IMG/VR virus record: IMGVR_UViG_3300020048_003360
Location: 32,001-96,000 of that record
Reading direction: 5' to 3' (one strand)
Source: a virus
Taxonomy: Duplodnaviria; Caudoviricetes
Length of the DNA stretch: 64,000 nt
In this document: positions 10,855-20,182 of the stretch, in pieces
Numbering within the stretch: position 1 is the first letter of the stretch
How the letters are laid out: the number at the start of each line of letters is the position of its first letter
The notes under the pieces: generated by a model
What the model saw: the letters and a program-made list of their open reading frames with translations, nothing else
What the model was told of the DNA's origin: nothing
Databases searched by the model: none
Made by a program: the position numbers and the translations under genes

Positions 10855-12045
10855 ATGAAAATTGTTGATGACTACCCAGGTAACTCTAAGTCTAATAACA
10901 CTGATGCTTCTGTAAGAACAGGTCAAGCACCAGAGGCTTTAAATCCAGACGTCAAAGGTATGTCCGACTATACTAATAGTGTTTTTAAGACTACTGGAGT
11001 GGGTTCTATTACTGATGCAATTGGTAATAGTTTGTATGGTATTAACCATAGGCAGACACCAGGCGCTATTCCACTTAATAAAGATTTTTTTGGTTTAACG
11101 TTTTTTACTAGACCAGATTTAAATTTAACCAGTGATAATATTAAAGCTATTAGACAGCTAGCCCCATTATTAACGTTAGAAAAAAACAGTATTCCAAGAA
11201 TTATTAGATGTTTATTAGATAATAGAATTGGAACTAGTCAAAATGAAACTGGGACTAGTGATCTAGTAGATAATCAACAGGCCTTTATTCCAATGTTAAC
11301 AAATCACCTATTATCAATAAGTGGTTGGCCTGATATTGTTGCACCTACATTTACATCACAAGAAGGTGTTTTTAAAGAAGCATTTAGCCTTATAGATGGT
11401 GTTGTACTTAACTATTCAACATACGATGTACAGGCTAATTTTCGTAATATACCTGGTGATCCTATCACATTATTATTCTTAATGTGGCTACATTACGCAT
11501 CTAATGTCTTTCAGGGCAATATAATACCGTATGTAGATAACTTAATAATGAATAAAGTGGATTATCAAACTAGAATATATAGATTAATTTTAGATAGTAG
11601 TAAGTCATATGTAAAGAAAATAGCTGCATGTGGAGCTGCCTTTCCATTATCTAGTCCAATAGGTGCTGCTTTTAACTACGAACACAATACACCAATTAGT
11701 GACTCTAATCACCAAATTAGTATTCCGTTTAGATGTAGTGGGTTTATGGCTCAGGACGACATATTAATTAAGGAATTTAATGACACTGCCGCAATGTTTA
11801 ATAAGACTATGGCAAAAGAAGCAACTGAAATAGAAGGTAAGATAGCCAGGTTATTAAATAGTAAAAGTAGCGTTACTCCTGAATCCTACGATAAAGCTAG
11901 ATTTAATAGTAATTATGTAAAAATAGCTATAAATGAATTAGGTATTTTTAATAATAGAGGATATCCACATATTAATTTAAATACTTACGAATTGGGCTGG
12001 TATATAGATATCGATACCTACAATAGTGTCTTTGCAAAAAAATAA
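10855..12045 (+). CDS. Virion structural protein, tail/baseplate (gp88-like)
   Basis: Start moved to MKIVDD (10855, AAAGG RBS); position upstream of the large baseplate gene. Confidence 0.55.
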   Translation: MKIVDDYPGNSKSNNTDASVRTGQAPEALNPDVKGMSDYTNSVFKTTGVGSITDAIGNSLYGINHRQTPGAIPLNKDFFGLTFFTRPDLNLTSDNIKAIRQLAPLLTLEKNSIPRIIRCLLDNRIGTSQNETGTSDLVDNQQAFIPMLTNHLLSISGWPDIVAPTFTSQEGVFKEAFSLIDGVVLNYSTYDVQANFRNIPGDPITLLFLMWLHYASNVFQGNIIPYVDNLIMNKVDYQTRIYRLILDSSKSYVKKIAACGAAFPLSSPIGAAFNYEHNTPISDSNHQISIPFRCSGFMAQDDILIKEFNDTAAMFNKTMAKEATEIEGKIARLLNSKSSVTPESYDKARFNSNYVKIAINELGIFNNRGYPHINLNTYELGWYIDIDTYNSVFAKK

Positions 12046-12092
12046 AAAATATAACAAATTAATTTTATGTTTATTAATAAAAGGATTACTCC

Positions 12093-15000
12093 GTGACTAC
12101 CTCATCTACCACCACAGCCGTAGAGGCAGCCCTATTAACTGCTAGTGCTGCTGATGCCGCTACACTAGCAGTAGCTAATGCTGCCGCAGCTGCACTATCG
12201 CTAGCCACTACTGATAGTGGAAATACCGGTAGTACCGGTACACTAGCTAATAATACAGCACCAATTATACCGGCTGGTGCCGTTAGTAAATTAATGGATA
12301 ATGTAACTAATTATCAATATAATCCAGCTAGTATTCAAACTGCTATTTTACAGACCCTAACTGACGTTACTGATGGTAAAATTAATATAGTAGATCCTAG
12401 TAATCCTTTTGTATTCTGTTTAGAGGCCGCCTCAGTGCTTACAGCAGCCTTTATGATTAAGAATGAGGTTAGTACTAGGAAACAATATCCATACGCAGCA
12501 CAGACCCCAGAAGACCTCTATTTACATATGTCCGATATAGACTATATAAATAGATTTGCAGTTCCCACTACTACCACGTTTAATATTCTATTACCACTAA
12601 ATGAAGTATTAAATAAAATGGTACTAGATACCAATACTGGAATTAAGAAAATTGTAATACCAAGAAATACGTATTTTACAATTGCTAATGTACCATTCAG
12701 TATTCAGTATCCAATAGAAATTAGACAAATGCAACATGGTGGTCTACAGGTGGTATACGACACATCAGTTACGTCTCCTTTACAGACCTTAGCGTCTAAT
12801 GTAATCAGACATGAGATTAGACAAAGTACTGGCGGTAAGTATATTTTCTTTGAATTTGAAACAATACAATTCAATATAGTCACACAAACAGCATCTTTAA
12901 ATTCAATGGTAGATTTTTCTGCAGTAATTAATTTTACTGACCAATATTACTATACTAGAGTTTATGCTGAAAATGCAAATGGAACATGGACTGAAATTAG
13001 AACTACTCATAGTGATGAGATCTATGATATCGCAGTACCCACTGCAGTAGTAAAAATAATAGATAATTCAGTTAGGGTGAGTATACCTCAAATCTATACT
13101 GCCAGTGGTATTTTAAATAGAGGTCTTAGAATAGATGTATATGAAACTAAAGGCCCATTAAATATGATCTTATGGGAATACCCATTTACTTCATTTATAG
13201 CTAAATGGTTAGCTATTGATCCAAATGACAATACTATTTTTGTAGCGCCATTAAGCACCTTTAATACAATTATTCCATTTTCAACTAGTGTGGTATCTGG
13301 TGGTAAAGATGGTACTAATTTTGCTGATTTAAGAAGACAGGTAATGACGAATGCGATTGGTAGACCATCACTACCGATAACTAATGCTCAGATTGAAAAT
13401 ACACTAAATATAGCTGGATATACAATTGTAAAGAGTGTGGATAACGTTACTAGTAGAATATTCTTAGCTACTAAAGGAATGCCAATTCCCAATGAAGTAA
13501 CCTTGATTACTCCGGCATCGGCAGGTATGTCCACAATAAACATTACGATAGATCAATTAGTACAGATAGATACTGTAATAGATAATTCAGCTGAAGGTGC
13601 TGGTCAAAGTGTGACTATCACACCAGATACAATTTACCAAAATGTAAATGGAGTAACTACACCTTTAACTACTAACCAATTAAATACGTTATTAACGCAA
13701 TCAAATCAATCATTGGCGTTTAATGTAAATAATAACAATTATCTATATACTCCATTTCATTATGTTTTAGATATGTCAAATAATGAATTTAGTGTAAGAG
13801 CGTATTACTTAGATAAACCCACTATTGTAACACAATTATTTGTAGAAACAAACGACACTACGTTATTACAAGTAAATACTGGGACATATAGTATTTATAG
13901 AACAGCTACTGGATACACACTAACAGTAGTGACATTGTCAAATGATACATATAAAGAATTATTAAATGACGAGGTAGGTGCACAACTCTCATATATACCA
14001 GTAGGGCAAACTACACCAGCGTATTTAAATGGAGTATTGATGGGTAGTACTGACCTAGGTGAACGTATTTTTAGTTTTGACTTAAGTACTAATTTTAATG
14101 TAGATATTAGTGATAATATCATGTTAAGTAAGTTTTTAATGTTTGCTAACCAACCAGTATTAACGGCAACTAAATTAACAACTGATTTTAACATAATCTA
14201 TAATACAAATAGTCAGATGTCAAATACATGGATATCGAGTGGCGTAGATGATAGTCTAGGTAAGTTTTTACTAGACAATAACGTAATTGGTATCACTAAT
14301 GAAATACTACGTATTAATTTTGGTTATTCATTAGCTAGATTATGGAATGGCGCACGTAGTATATTATCTACTGCTGAATATCAAAAAAGAGAAACTGATG
14401 CATTACGACTATATGAGGAAGATATATATTTAACGGATGAGAATGGATCTGTAGTTCAATTTGATGAAAATGGAAATCCGGTACTGACTTTACTACACAG
14501 TAAAGGTGATATAGTGATGGATAGTACTGGTGAACCAATATACAGATATAGAACTGGTGATGTAGTACTAGATAGTGTCGGTAATCCAATAGTTGTTAAT
14601 GCTAGAACTACAATGCATCAGTTTGATGTAATGTTAATTGAAGGCGCATATTGGTTTGCTAATGACATTGTAGCTAATAGATACAGAACGTTAATTACAC
14701 AAAATCTATTGGATTGGATTACTAATGACTTGGTTGGAATTGAAAATCAATTATTAGAACAAACTAACATTTACTTTTATCCAAATACTACATTAGGTAC
14801 CATACGTGCTGTTGTGGATAATAACATTACTGTAAATATAGACGCCAGCCAAACCTTTGATGTAAATCTATATGTATCAAAGGTAGTATATGATAATGTA
14901 GCATTACGTAGTCAATTAACAAATGCCACTATATCTACAATTGGTAATGAACTCACTAAGACTACCTTCTCAATAGATAGTATAACTACATCTTTACGTG

Positions 15001-15194
15001 GTGCATTTGGTAATGATGTTATATCTATTCAAGTGAAAGGTCTTGGTGGTAACAATAACTACTCAGTTGTAACTATATTGGATACTGGTAAAAACTGCAG
15101 TATTAAGAAACGTCTGGTAGCAATGCCTGATAATAGTTTAGTTATAAATGAACAAGTAAACGTCCTATTTATCTTATATAACACACCTAGTTAA
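12093..15194 (+). CDS. Large virion structural protein, probable baseplate (gp87-like)
   Basis: 1033 aa; beta-rich; SGGKDGTNFADLRRQVM resembles baseplate wedge/J-type GGxDxEs motifs; synteny. Confidence 0.55.
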   Translation: MTTSSTTTAVEAALLTASAADAATLAVANAAAAALSLATTDSGNTGSTGTLANNTAPIIPAGAVSKLMDNVTNYQYNPASIQTAILQTLTDVTDGKINIVDPSNPFVFCLEAASVLTAAFMIKNEVSTRKQYPYAAQTPEDLYLHMSDIDYINRFAVPTTTTFNILLPLNEVLNKMVLDTNTGIKKIVIPRNTYFTIANVPFSIQYPIEIRQMQHGGLQVVYDTSVTSPLQTLASNVIRHEIRQSTGGKYIFFEFETIQFNIVTQTASLNSMVDFSAVINFTDQYYYTRVYAENANGTWTEIRTTHSDEIYDIAVPTAVVKIIDNSVRVSIPQIYTASGILNRGLRIDVYETKGPLNMILWEYPFTSFIAKWLAIDPNDNTIFVAPLSTFNTIIPFSTSVVSGGKDGTNFADLRRQVMTNAIGRPSLPITNAQIENTLNIAGYTIVKSVDNVTSRIFLATKGMPIPNEVTLITPASAGMSTINITIDQLVQIDTVIDNSAEGAGQSVTITPDTIYQNVNGVTTPLTTNQLNTLLTQSNQSLAFNVNNNNYLYTPFHYVLDMSNNEFSVRAYYLDKPTIVTQLFVETNDTTLLQVNTGTYSIYRTATGYTLTVVTLSNDTYKELLNDEVGAQLSYIPVGQTTPAYLNGVLMGSTDLGERIFSFDLSTNFNVDISDNIMLSKFLMFANQPVLTATKLTTDFNIIYNTNSQMSNTWISSGVDDSLGKFLLDNNVIGITNEILRINFGYSLARLWNGARSILSTAEYQKRETDALRLYEEDIYLTDENGSVVQFDENGNPVLTLLHSKGDIVMDSTGEPIYRYRTGDVVLDSVGNPIVVNARTTMHQFDVMLIEGAYWFANDIVANRYRTLITQNLLDWITNDLVGIENQLLEQTNIYFYPNTTLGTIRAVVDNNITVNIDASQTFDVNLYVSKVVYDNVALRSQLTNATISTIGNELTKTTFSIDSITTSLRGAFGNDVISIQVKGLGGNNNYSVVTILDTGKNCSIKKRLVAMPDNSLVINEQVNVLFILYNTPS

Positions 15195-15202
15195 GTTAGC
15201 GT

Positions 15203-15247
15203 CATAAATCCCACTACCTTAGATATATTAAGGTAGTGGGATTTATG
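15203..15247. terminator. Bidirectional hairpin between convergent genes
   Basis: CATAAATCCCACTACCTTA...TAAGGTAGTGGGATTTATG. Confidence 0.8.
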
Positions 15248-15250
15248 CTG

Positions 15251-16741
15251 CTATTGCTTATAATTCTTTAATAAAGATTTAATGTACTGATATTTTTCTT
15301 TAACGTCTTTATTTACTTCCAGATTCATATCACTACCCACTCTTCTTTCAACGACCAACAATGCGGCAGGTAGTGTCTTTTCCATTAGCTGTTTACCAAA
15401 TACGTTTAGAGTAGTTGCAATGGCCTTAACAATGCTGTATTCATTAGTAATCGCAACTACTATCTCTTCATGTAATTTCTGCCTAAGTTTAATCAACTCA
15501 ACATATCTCTTAAGTATGTCTCCATTCTTAGCATTTACACTAATATTTGCTAAGTCATGAAGAGCGTTAGCTGCATCTTTTAATGATTTTTTAACTTCGG
15601 ATAACTTTTCTTTATGATAGTACGTTGATTGAAGAGCACTTGATGTTACTTTGTATATTCTAGATATACTGTATTTTTTATAAATATCAGTAAGTGTTTT
15701 ATTAGCAAATTTTCCCGAATTGGTACTATTACTAATAACTGCTTTTATAGTAGTTAATAAACTTTCACTAGTAGTTTTATCTTCATGTAGGTCGCCAAAT
15801 AATTTATTAATATCTACAATATCTCTATCTATTTTAGCATTATGAGTATTAGTTTCAGCCTCACTAATTCTATCATCTTTGTAATTCTTGATGTATTTAA
15901 TCTCATCATGCATGCCTGTGTTTGATTTTTTATAAATTTCTAGGTATTTTTCCACTGTTGCGTTAGCTCTACTGATGTGGTCAATGTATGTAGAGATTTC
16001 ACTTTCTTCAGTAAAGATAGCAAATATAAAGTTATTTTGATTAATAAAAAAATTAGCTAAATCGCTACTTTTACCTTTATCTGATTTAATATACTCACTA
16101 ATAATATCATTAAAACTAACATGTTTAGTTGGTTTATTAACAGATTCCCAAACAGTAGGAGCTGTCATTTGTGCTGCAAGTTGTGCTGCAAGTTCAAAAC
16201 CACCTCTATTTAAATCATCAAGAGCCTCAGCACTATCGGCTACAGCCTCACCAACTTCTGTTAATTCTTCTGGTGTAACTGTACGTTTTTTACCACCACT
16301 ATTACTACTAGAACTATCACTATCTCCAAATAACCACGAAATAAACTTACCTAACATAGCCGCTATGGCTAATGCAGCAGCGGCTATCATAGCCCAAATA
16401 CCAGCACTGAGTTCTTCTATAGCTAATTTATATCTAGTTAATGTAGTGGATTCAGTATAGTATTTAATTGGTACTCCACCAAAATCTGGTATTACTTTCA
16501 TTGCTTCTATGGCAAATGACTGATTCATACCTTTTGATTTTATAATATCATCATAGAGGTATAGTGCATCACTTATTTTATTCTCCATAGCAGTAATGTT
16601 GGCTATATTCTCTGAGATATCTAAATAGTCGTAATCACCATATGGCTTCATTCTATCAAAATCATCACCACCATCTAGTGTGGGGTTAAAAATATCTACA
16701 ACATCTTCTACTTCCACATCAGAGGCGGTAATTAAAGGCAT
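15251..16741 (-). CDS. Head protein with hydrophobic segment
   Basis: 496 aa; AIEELSAGIWAMIAAAALAIAAMLGKFISWLFG, resembling the motif in 6336..7727. Confidence 0.6.
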   Translation of the reverse strand: MPLITASDVEVEDVVDIFNPTLDGGDDFDRMKPYGDYDYLDISENIANITAMENKISDALYLYDDIIKSKGMNQSFAIEAMKVIPDFGGVPIKYYTESTTLTRYKLAIEELSAGIWAMIAAAALAIAAMLGKFISWLFGDSDSSSSNSGGKKRTVTPEELTEVGEAVADSAEALDDLNRGGFELAAQLAAQMTAPTVWESVNKPTKHVSFNDIISEYIKSDKGKSSDLANFFINQNNFIFAIFTEESEISTYIDHISRANATVEKYLEIYKKSNTGMHDEIKYIKNYKDDRISEAETNTHNAKIDRDIVDINKLFGDLHEDKTTSESLLTTIKAVISNSTNSGKFANKTLTDIYKKYSISRIYKVTSSALQSTYYHKEKLSEVKKSLKDAANALHDLANISVNAKNGDILKRYVELIKLRQKLHEEIVVAITNEYSIVKAIATTLNVFGKQLMEKTLPAALLVVERRVGSDMNLEVNKDVKEKYQYIKSLLKNYKQ

Positions 16742-16763
16742 AATAAAATCTCACTTAATTTGT

Positions 16764-17243
16764 TTATAAACTACCATATGGTTGTTTTATGGTATTACTA
16801 GATTGATGTAAAATAGCTACAGCTTCATTAGCTAGCGTCAGAATGGCCAATTTACAACTACCGTCTAAAAATTCTTGTAGTGCTGGTGAAACCACACCAT
16901 AGACACCAAATACAGTAGAGAAGAAGTCACCTTTAGCAGCATACATTAAGCGACTAAGTGGAAATGCAGCAGTATAACGAACTAACCAAAAAGTACGTGC
17001 TTGATCAATTACTGCTTTGGGATCTAGCACCATGCTCTCATTCCATTCAGAAACGATAGCATTAAGACCTGGTACTACATTTATTTTAAAGTAATTACTA
17101 GGATCTTCTACTTGAGTAGTTGGTAAGTGCTGTATATTTGATAAAGCTAAAGCTAGTGCTGATGTCATAATAGCTAATCTATTTAATGGATCAGTAATTA
17201 CTAAATTAGCTTTTTGAATAAAAGGTGTATATATTGGGCTCAT
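16764..17243 (-). CDS. Conserved virion-region hypothetical protein
   Basis: 159-aa ORF in the structural operon. Confidence 0.6.
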   Translation of the reverse strand: MSPIYTPFIQKANLVITDPLNRLAIMTSALALALSNIQHLPTTQVEDPSNYFKINVVPGLNAIVSEWNESMVLDPKAVIDQARTFWLVRYTAAFPLSRLMYAAKGDFFSTVFGVYGVVSPALQEFLDGSCKLAILTLANEAVAILHQSSNTIKQPYGSL

Positions 17244-17274
17244 TGTATTTTCCTATTATAACGATATGTAAAGA

Positions 17275-18558
17275 TTATGCTGCTTTACTTAGCATAGCTG
17301 CTTTAACAAATAATTCATTAACTGCTAAGTCTTCTAGTTCTTTTTGCAATGCTTCTTGACTACGTGCTTTTCGTGATGATGGGAATAATAGATCTTGTAA
17401 TGCACCAAAGAACTGTCTCCGATCGTTAGCTTCTGCTAGTAGTTTATCTACAGCTTCTAGATCCTCTTCTAACCTAATAATGTCGTCTTTACTTAATTTT
17501 TTATTTTTTAAGTTTTCAACAACCTGATCACGAATACGTTTTAATCTTTCACCTGGTCTATCATAAGTAGGCGAATCAGAATCACCAACAATTAATAAAA
17601 TACCAAGTAGCATCGGTAATCCAATAATAGTGCCGGTGAGTCCAGCTATTGCTAATGGACTTATAATTAATAATACCTTAACACATTCCATAGCTAAGTA
17701 TCCAGTAGTACTACGGAAGGACATATGACCTTTATAATACTTACCTAATGCTAAAGCTAGTGGTCTACCTGCACCCTGACGAGCAGCGTATTGATCAGCT
17801 AGATATTCCCACGTACTAAAGTCATAGATGTCACTACCTAATTCAGATTTAGTTTCTTTACTGATATTAGTAATGACCACCATTTCAATTACTTTCTTAT
17901 TACTACTTTTAGCTAGTGCTTTAGTATCTAATGATTTAAGATCCATAGCCTTCTTAGCAGTAATTAAAATTACTTCTCTTTCTTCTACAGTACCAGAGTT
18001 ATCTAGTGCTTTAGATAATCCAGCTAACATTTGATTTGTACTAACTGATCTAGACATAAATTCATAATAAACGAATAAATGACCTATTTCATGTAAAGTT
18101 ACTGCAGCTACTTCTTCAGCTGTAAACTGATTGGTAGTAAACATTGTAATTGGGAGATCAATGGTAGAGTGTACTTCAGTAAAAATACCAGTCACCATAC
18201 CTGATTTTAGATCTACACTACCTTTAGCAGCACTCTTTGATTCACTAATCATTTTAAGACCATCTGAACTATTCAGATAGTTTCTGATATATGAGTTAAC
18301 TAAGATATTATTTTTATTTACCATAGGTACAGTTACTTGTGGATCAGCATTACCTATATTGAGAGTAATGTTTAGACCAGTATGATGCTTTATTACTTTA
18401 GATATTGTGGTGACAATATCATTATCGGAAACTAATTTATTATCTACTTTCTTTAAAGCGTCAAAATTAAGGACAAGCTCTTTAAAGAAAGCAGATGCGA
18501 TTTGAAACATAATTGATTCATTTACTGGCGAATCATGGGTGACCAAGGTCTGACGCAT
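17275..18558 (-). CDS. Virion protein with HExxH metallopeptidase motif
   Basis: LHEIGH, downstream EYLADQYA, hydrophobic segment, AAGGA RBS. Confidence 0.6.
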   Translation of the reverse strand: MRQTLVTHDSPVNESIMFQIASAFFKELVLNFDALKKVDNKLVSDNDIVTTISKVIKHHTGLNITLNIGNADPQVTVPMVNKNNILVNSYIRNYLNSSDGLKMISESKSAAKGSVDLKSGMVTGIFTEVHSTIDLPITMFTTNQFTAEEVAAVTLHEIGHLFVYYEFMSRSVSTNQMLAGLSKALDNSGTVEEREVILITAKKAMDLKSLDTKALAKSSNKKVIEMVVITNISKETKSELGSDIYDFSTWEYLADQYAARQGAGRPLALALGKYYKGHMSFRSTTGYLAMECVKVLLIISPLAIAGLTGTIIGLPMLLGILLIVGDSDSPTYDRPGERLKRIRDQVVENLKNKKLSKDDIIRLEEDLEAVDKLLAEANDRRQFFGALQDLLFPSSRKARSQEALQKELEDLAVNELFVKAAMLSKAA

Positions 18559-18679
18559 TTAAGTTATCCTTTATTAAAAATATTTTAACCCATAATATTA
18601 ATGGACAGTACCGTAAACAAGCAAAAAAAAGTACAAAACCAAACTACGGTCTCATACTTTAAAATATACTAAAGACTGG

Positions 18680-18967
18680 TTAAAGACTGGTTAGTTCATA
18701 ACGGGGTCTAACCACCTTATAACTCCCGTTTACGTACCTTGTCAATGAGCACACATAGCCACCTTCATTCGTCATGATAATGTGTGCTGTCTCTCGCTCG
18801 TTCATAGGGAAACACTTTAAATATGCTTCCCTATGTAGCTCCTTACTACCAATCTCATCGGTAGGAGCTGGTGCTTTATCGACACCAGCCAGTTCTGCCG
18901 ACACTGTCCAAGCCGTTACCACCAGCAGGATAATAGCAAGGGTAATAGTCATCCTACGACCATGCAT
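18680..18967 (-). CDS. Small exported/periplasmic protein
   Basis: AAGGAGG RBS; signal-peptide-like MTITLAIILLVVTAWTVSA. Confidence 0.6.
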   Translation of the reverse strand: MHGRRMTITLAIILLVVTAWTVSAELAGVDKAPAPTDEIGSKELHREAYLKCFPMNERETAHIIMTNEGGYVCSLTRYVNGSYKVVRPRYELTSL

Positions 18968-19250
18968 ATACTACCTCCTTTTTTGGAAGGTTAATATTAG
19001 AGAAGCGTTCTAACAATAGTGCCCCTCCGTCCGTCAGCATGTACTTCGTATCTACCTTTTTACGGTAGCCTTCCTCAGTGGCTACTGCACTTGGTATCTT
19101 ACTTATAACAATGTATTCCTTTTGCTGAAGCCAGTCTATGGCATCAACAAAAACCTTAGTAGATTGCGGCACTTCATAGTTGTTCGCAATCTTCCAGAGC
19201 GTCTCAACTGCTATTAGTAGCGTTGGTACATTTTCTAGACTCACGACCAT
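18954..19250 (-). CDS. Hypothetical early protein (possible winged helix)
   Basis: Start probably 19250 (ATG) or 19244 (GTG overlapping the upstream TGA; GGAGG RBS) rather than 19358. Confidence 0.55.
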   Translation of the reverse strand: MVVSLENVPTLLIAVETLWKIANNYEVPQSTKVFVDAIDWLQQKEYIVISKIPSAVATEEGYRKKVDTKYMLTDGGALLLERFSNINLPKKEVVYAWS

Positions 19251-19774
19251 TCCTCCGTCGTCACTGCTAATGCAACGGACAGGACCATATCGTCTACAAC
19301 TAGTGACGACATAACGCTGTACTCTTTGTGGTGCGACATATCGCCACCGCGCGTGCACTCATTAAGAACTGCACCTGGTAGTAGTGCAACTACCCGTGTC
19401 ATGCACTGAATCACCGTCATCTCACCTGAACCGATGTCAGTATTGTCTAGGCAGTGTCTCAAAAACACTGCCAGTGCTCCACTTGTCTCAGTGTCTGGAC
19501 TCACTGATTCCAGCAGGGAACTGTTCATCTCTCCTACCGTAATTGAAACCATAGTGGGAGTTGAGAAATCTATCCTCACAACCTCCTTTACAACGCCTGG
19601 CTTGGCTGTGAGCCCGTAGTTGTATCTTGCCATACCTCCACTTCTTATCTCCCCAAGAACAGTATGTAATTCTCGTGACAGCTGCAGCCCTATAGAAGTC
19701 ACGTACTCGCTCTCAACCTGACTTAAACTACCAGGTGCTGGGCTTACTAATCCTACTGATTTTATTACGTTCAT
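19241..19774 (-). CDS. Hypothetical early protein
   Basis: 177 aa; AGGAG RBS; early promoter just upstream. Confidence 0.65.
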   Translation of the reverse strand: MNVIKSVGLVSPAPGSLSQVESEYVTSIGLQLSRELHTVLGEIRSGGMARYNYGLTAKPGVVKEVVRIDFSTPTMVSITVGEMNSSLLESVSPDTETSGALAVFLRHCLDNTDIGSGEMTVIQCMTRVVALLPGAVLNECTRGGDMSHHKEYSVMSSLVVDDMVLSVALAVTTEEWS

Positions 19775-19825
19775 GACGACTCTCCTAAAAGAACTAACAG
19801 AACAATTCCATTAGTCACTGCAATC

Positions 19826-19855
19826 AGGTAATATGTGATTATAATAATCTAGAAT
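19826..19855 (-). promoter_or_regulatory. Early promoter (variant)
   Basis: + strand AGGTAATATGTGATTATAATAATCTAGAAT matches the repeated motif. Confidence 0.65.
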
Positions 19856-19861
19856 CTATAT

Positions 19862-20164
19862 TTATAATATCTCTTTTTTTATTGATGTTAGTAATATATC
19901 TCTTTTAGTTTTTGTAATCTTTTTATATTCACATTCTAGCCATATTTCATATATAGCATTAAAGGCGTGATTTTTACAAATAGAATCTATTTTTAATTCT
20001 TGTGCCTTACCTTTAGCATAGTCTCTCCTATCGCTCGTGATAAAATAATTAAAATCAAACTCATTTAGTAGTTTGATAAAAGCATCAAATGATTCATTTG
20101 TAAGTGTATCGAACATAGTAATTTGTGGTGTTTTTTTATTAAAGGTCTTCATCATTTGAAACAC
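19862..20164 (-). CDS. Hypothetical protein
   Basis: 100-aa ORF; start uncertain. Confidence 0.5.
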   Translation of the reverse strand: MFQMMKTFNKKTPQITMFDTLTNESFDAFIKLLNEFDFNYFITSDRRDYAKGKAQELKIDSICKNHAFNAIYEIWLECEYKKITKTKRDILLTSIKKEIL

Positions 20165-20182
20165 TAATAAAGGGGTAATAAA

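Noticed and set aside
10825-10926. Overlapping starts of the divergent 9319 and 10828 ORFs
   Set aside because: Internal ATGs at 10824 and 10855 remove the overlap
12093-12260. Ala-rich N-terminus of the 1033-aa protein as a separate repeat system
   Set aside because: Short low-complexity leader with an uncertain GTG start; no periodic structure
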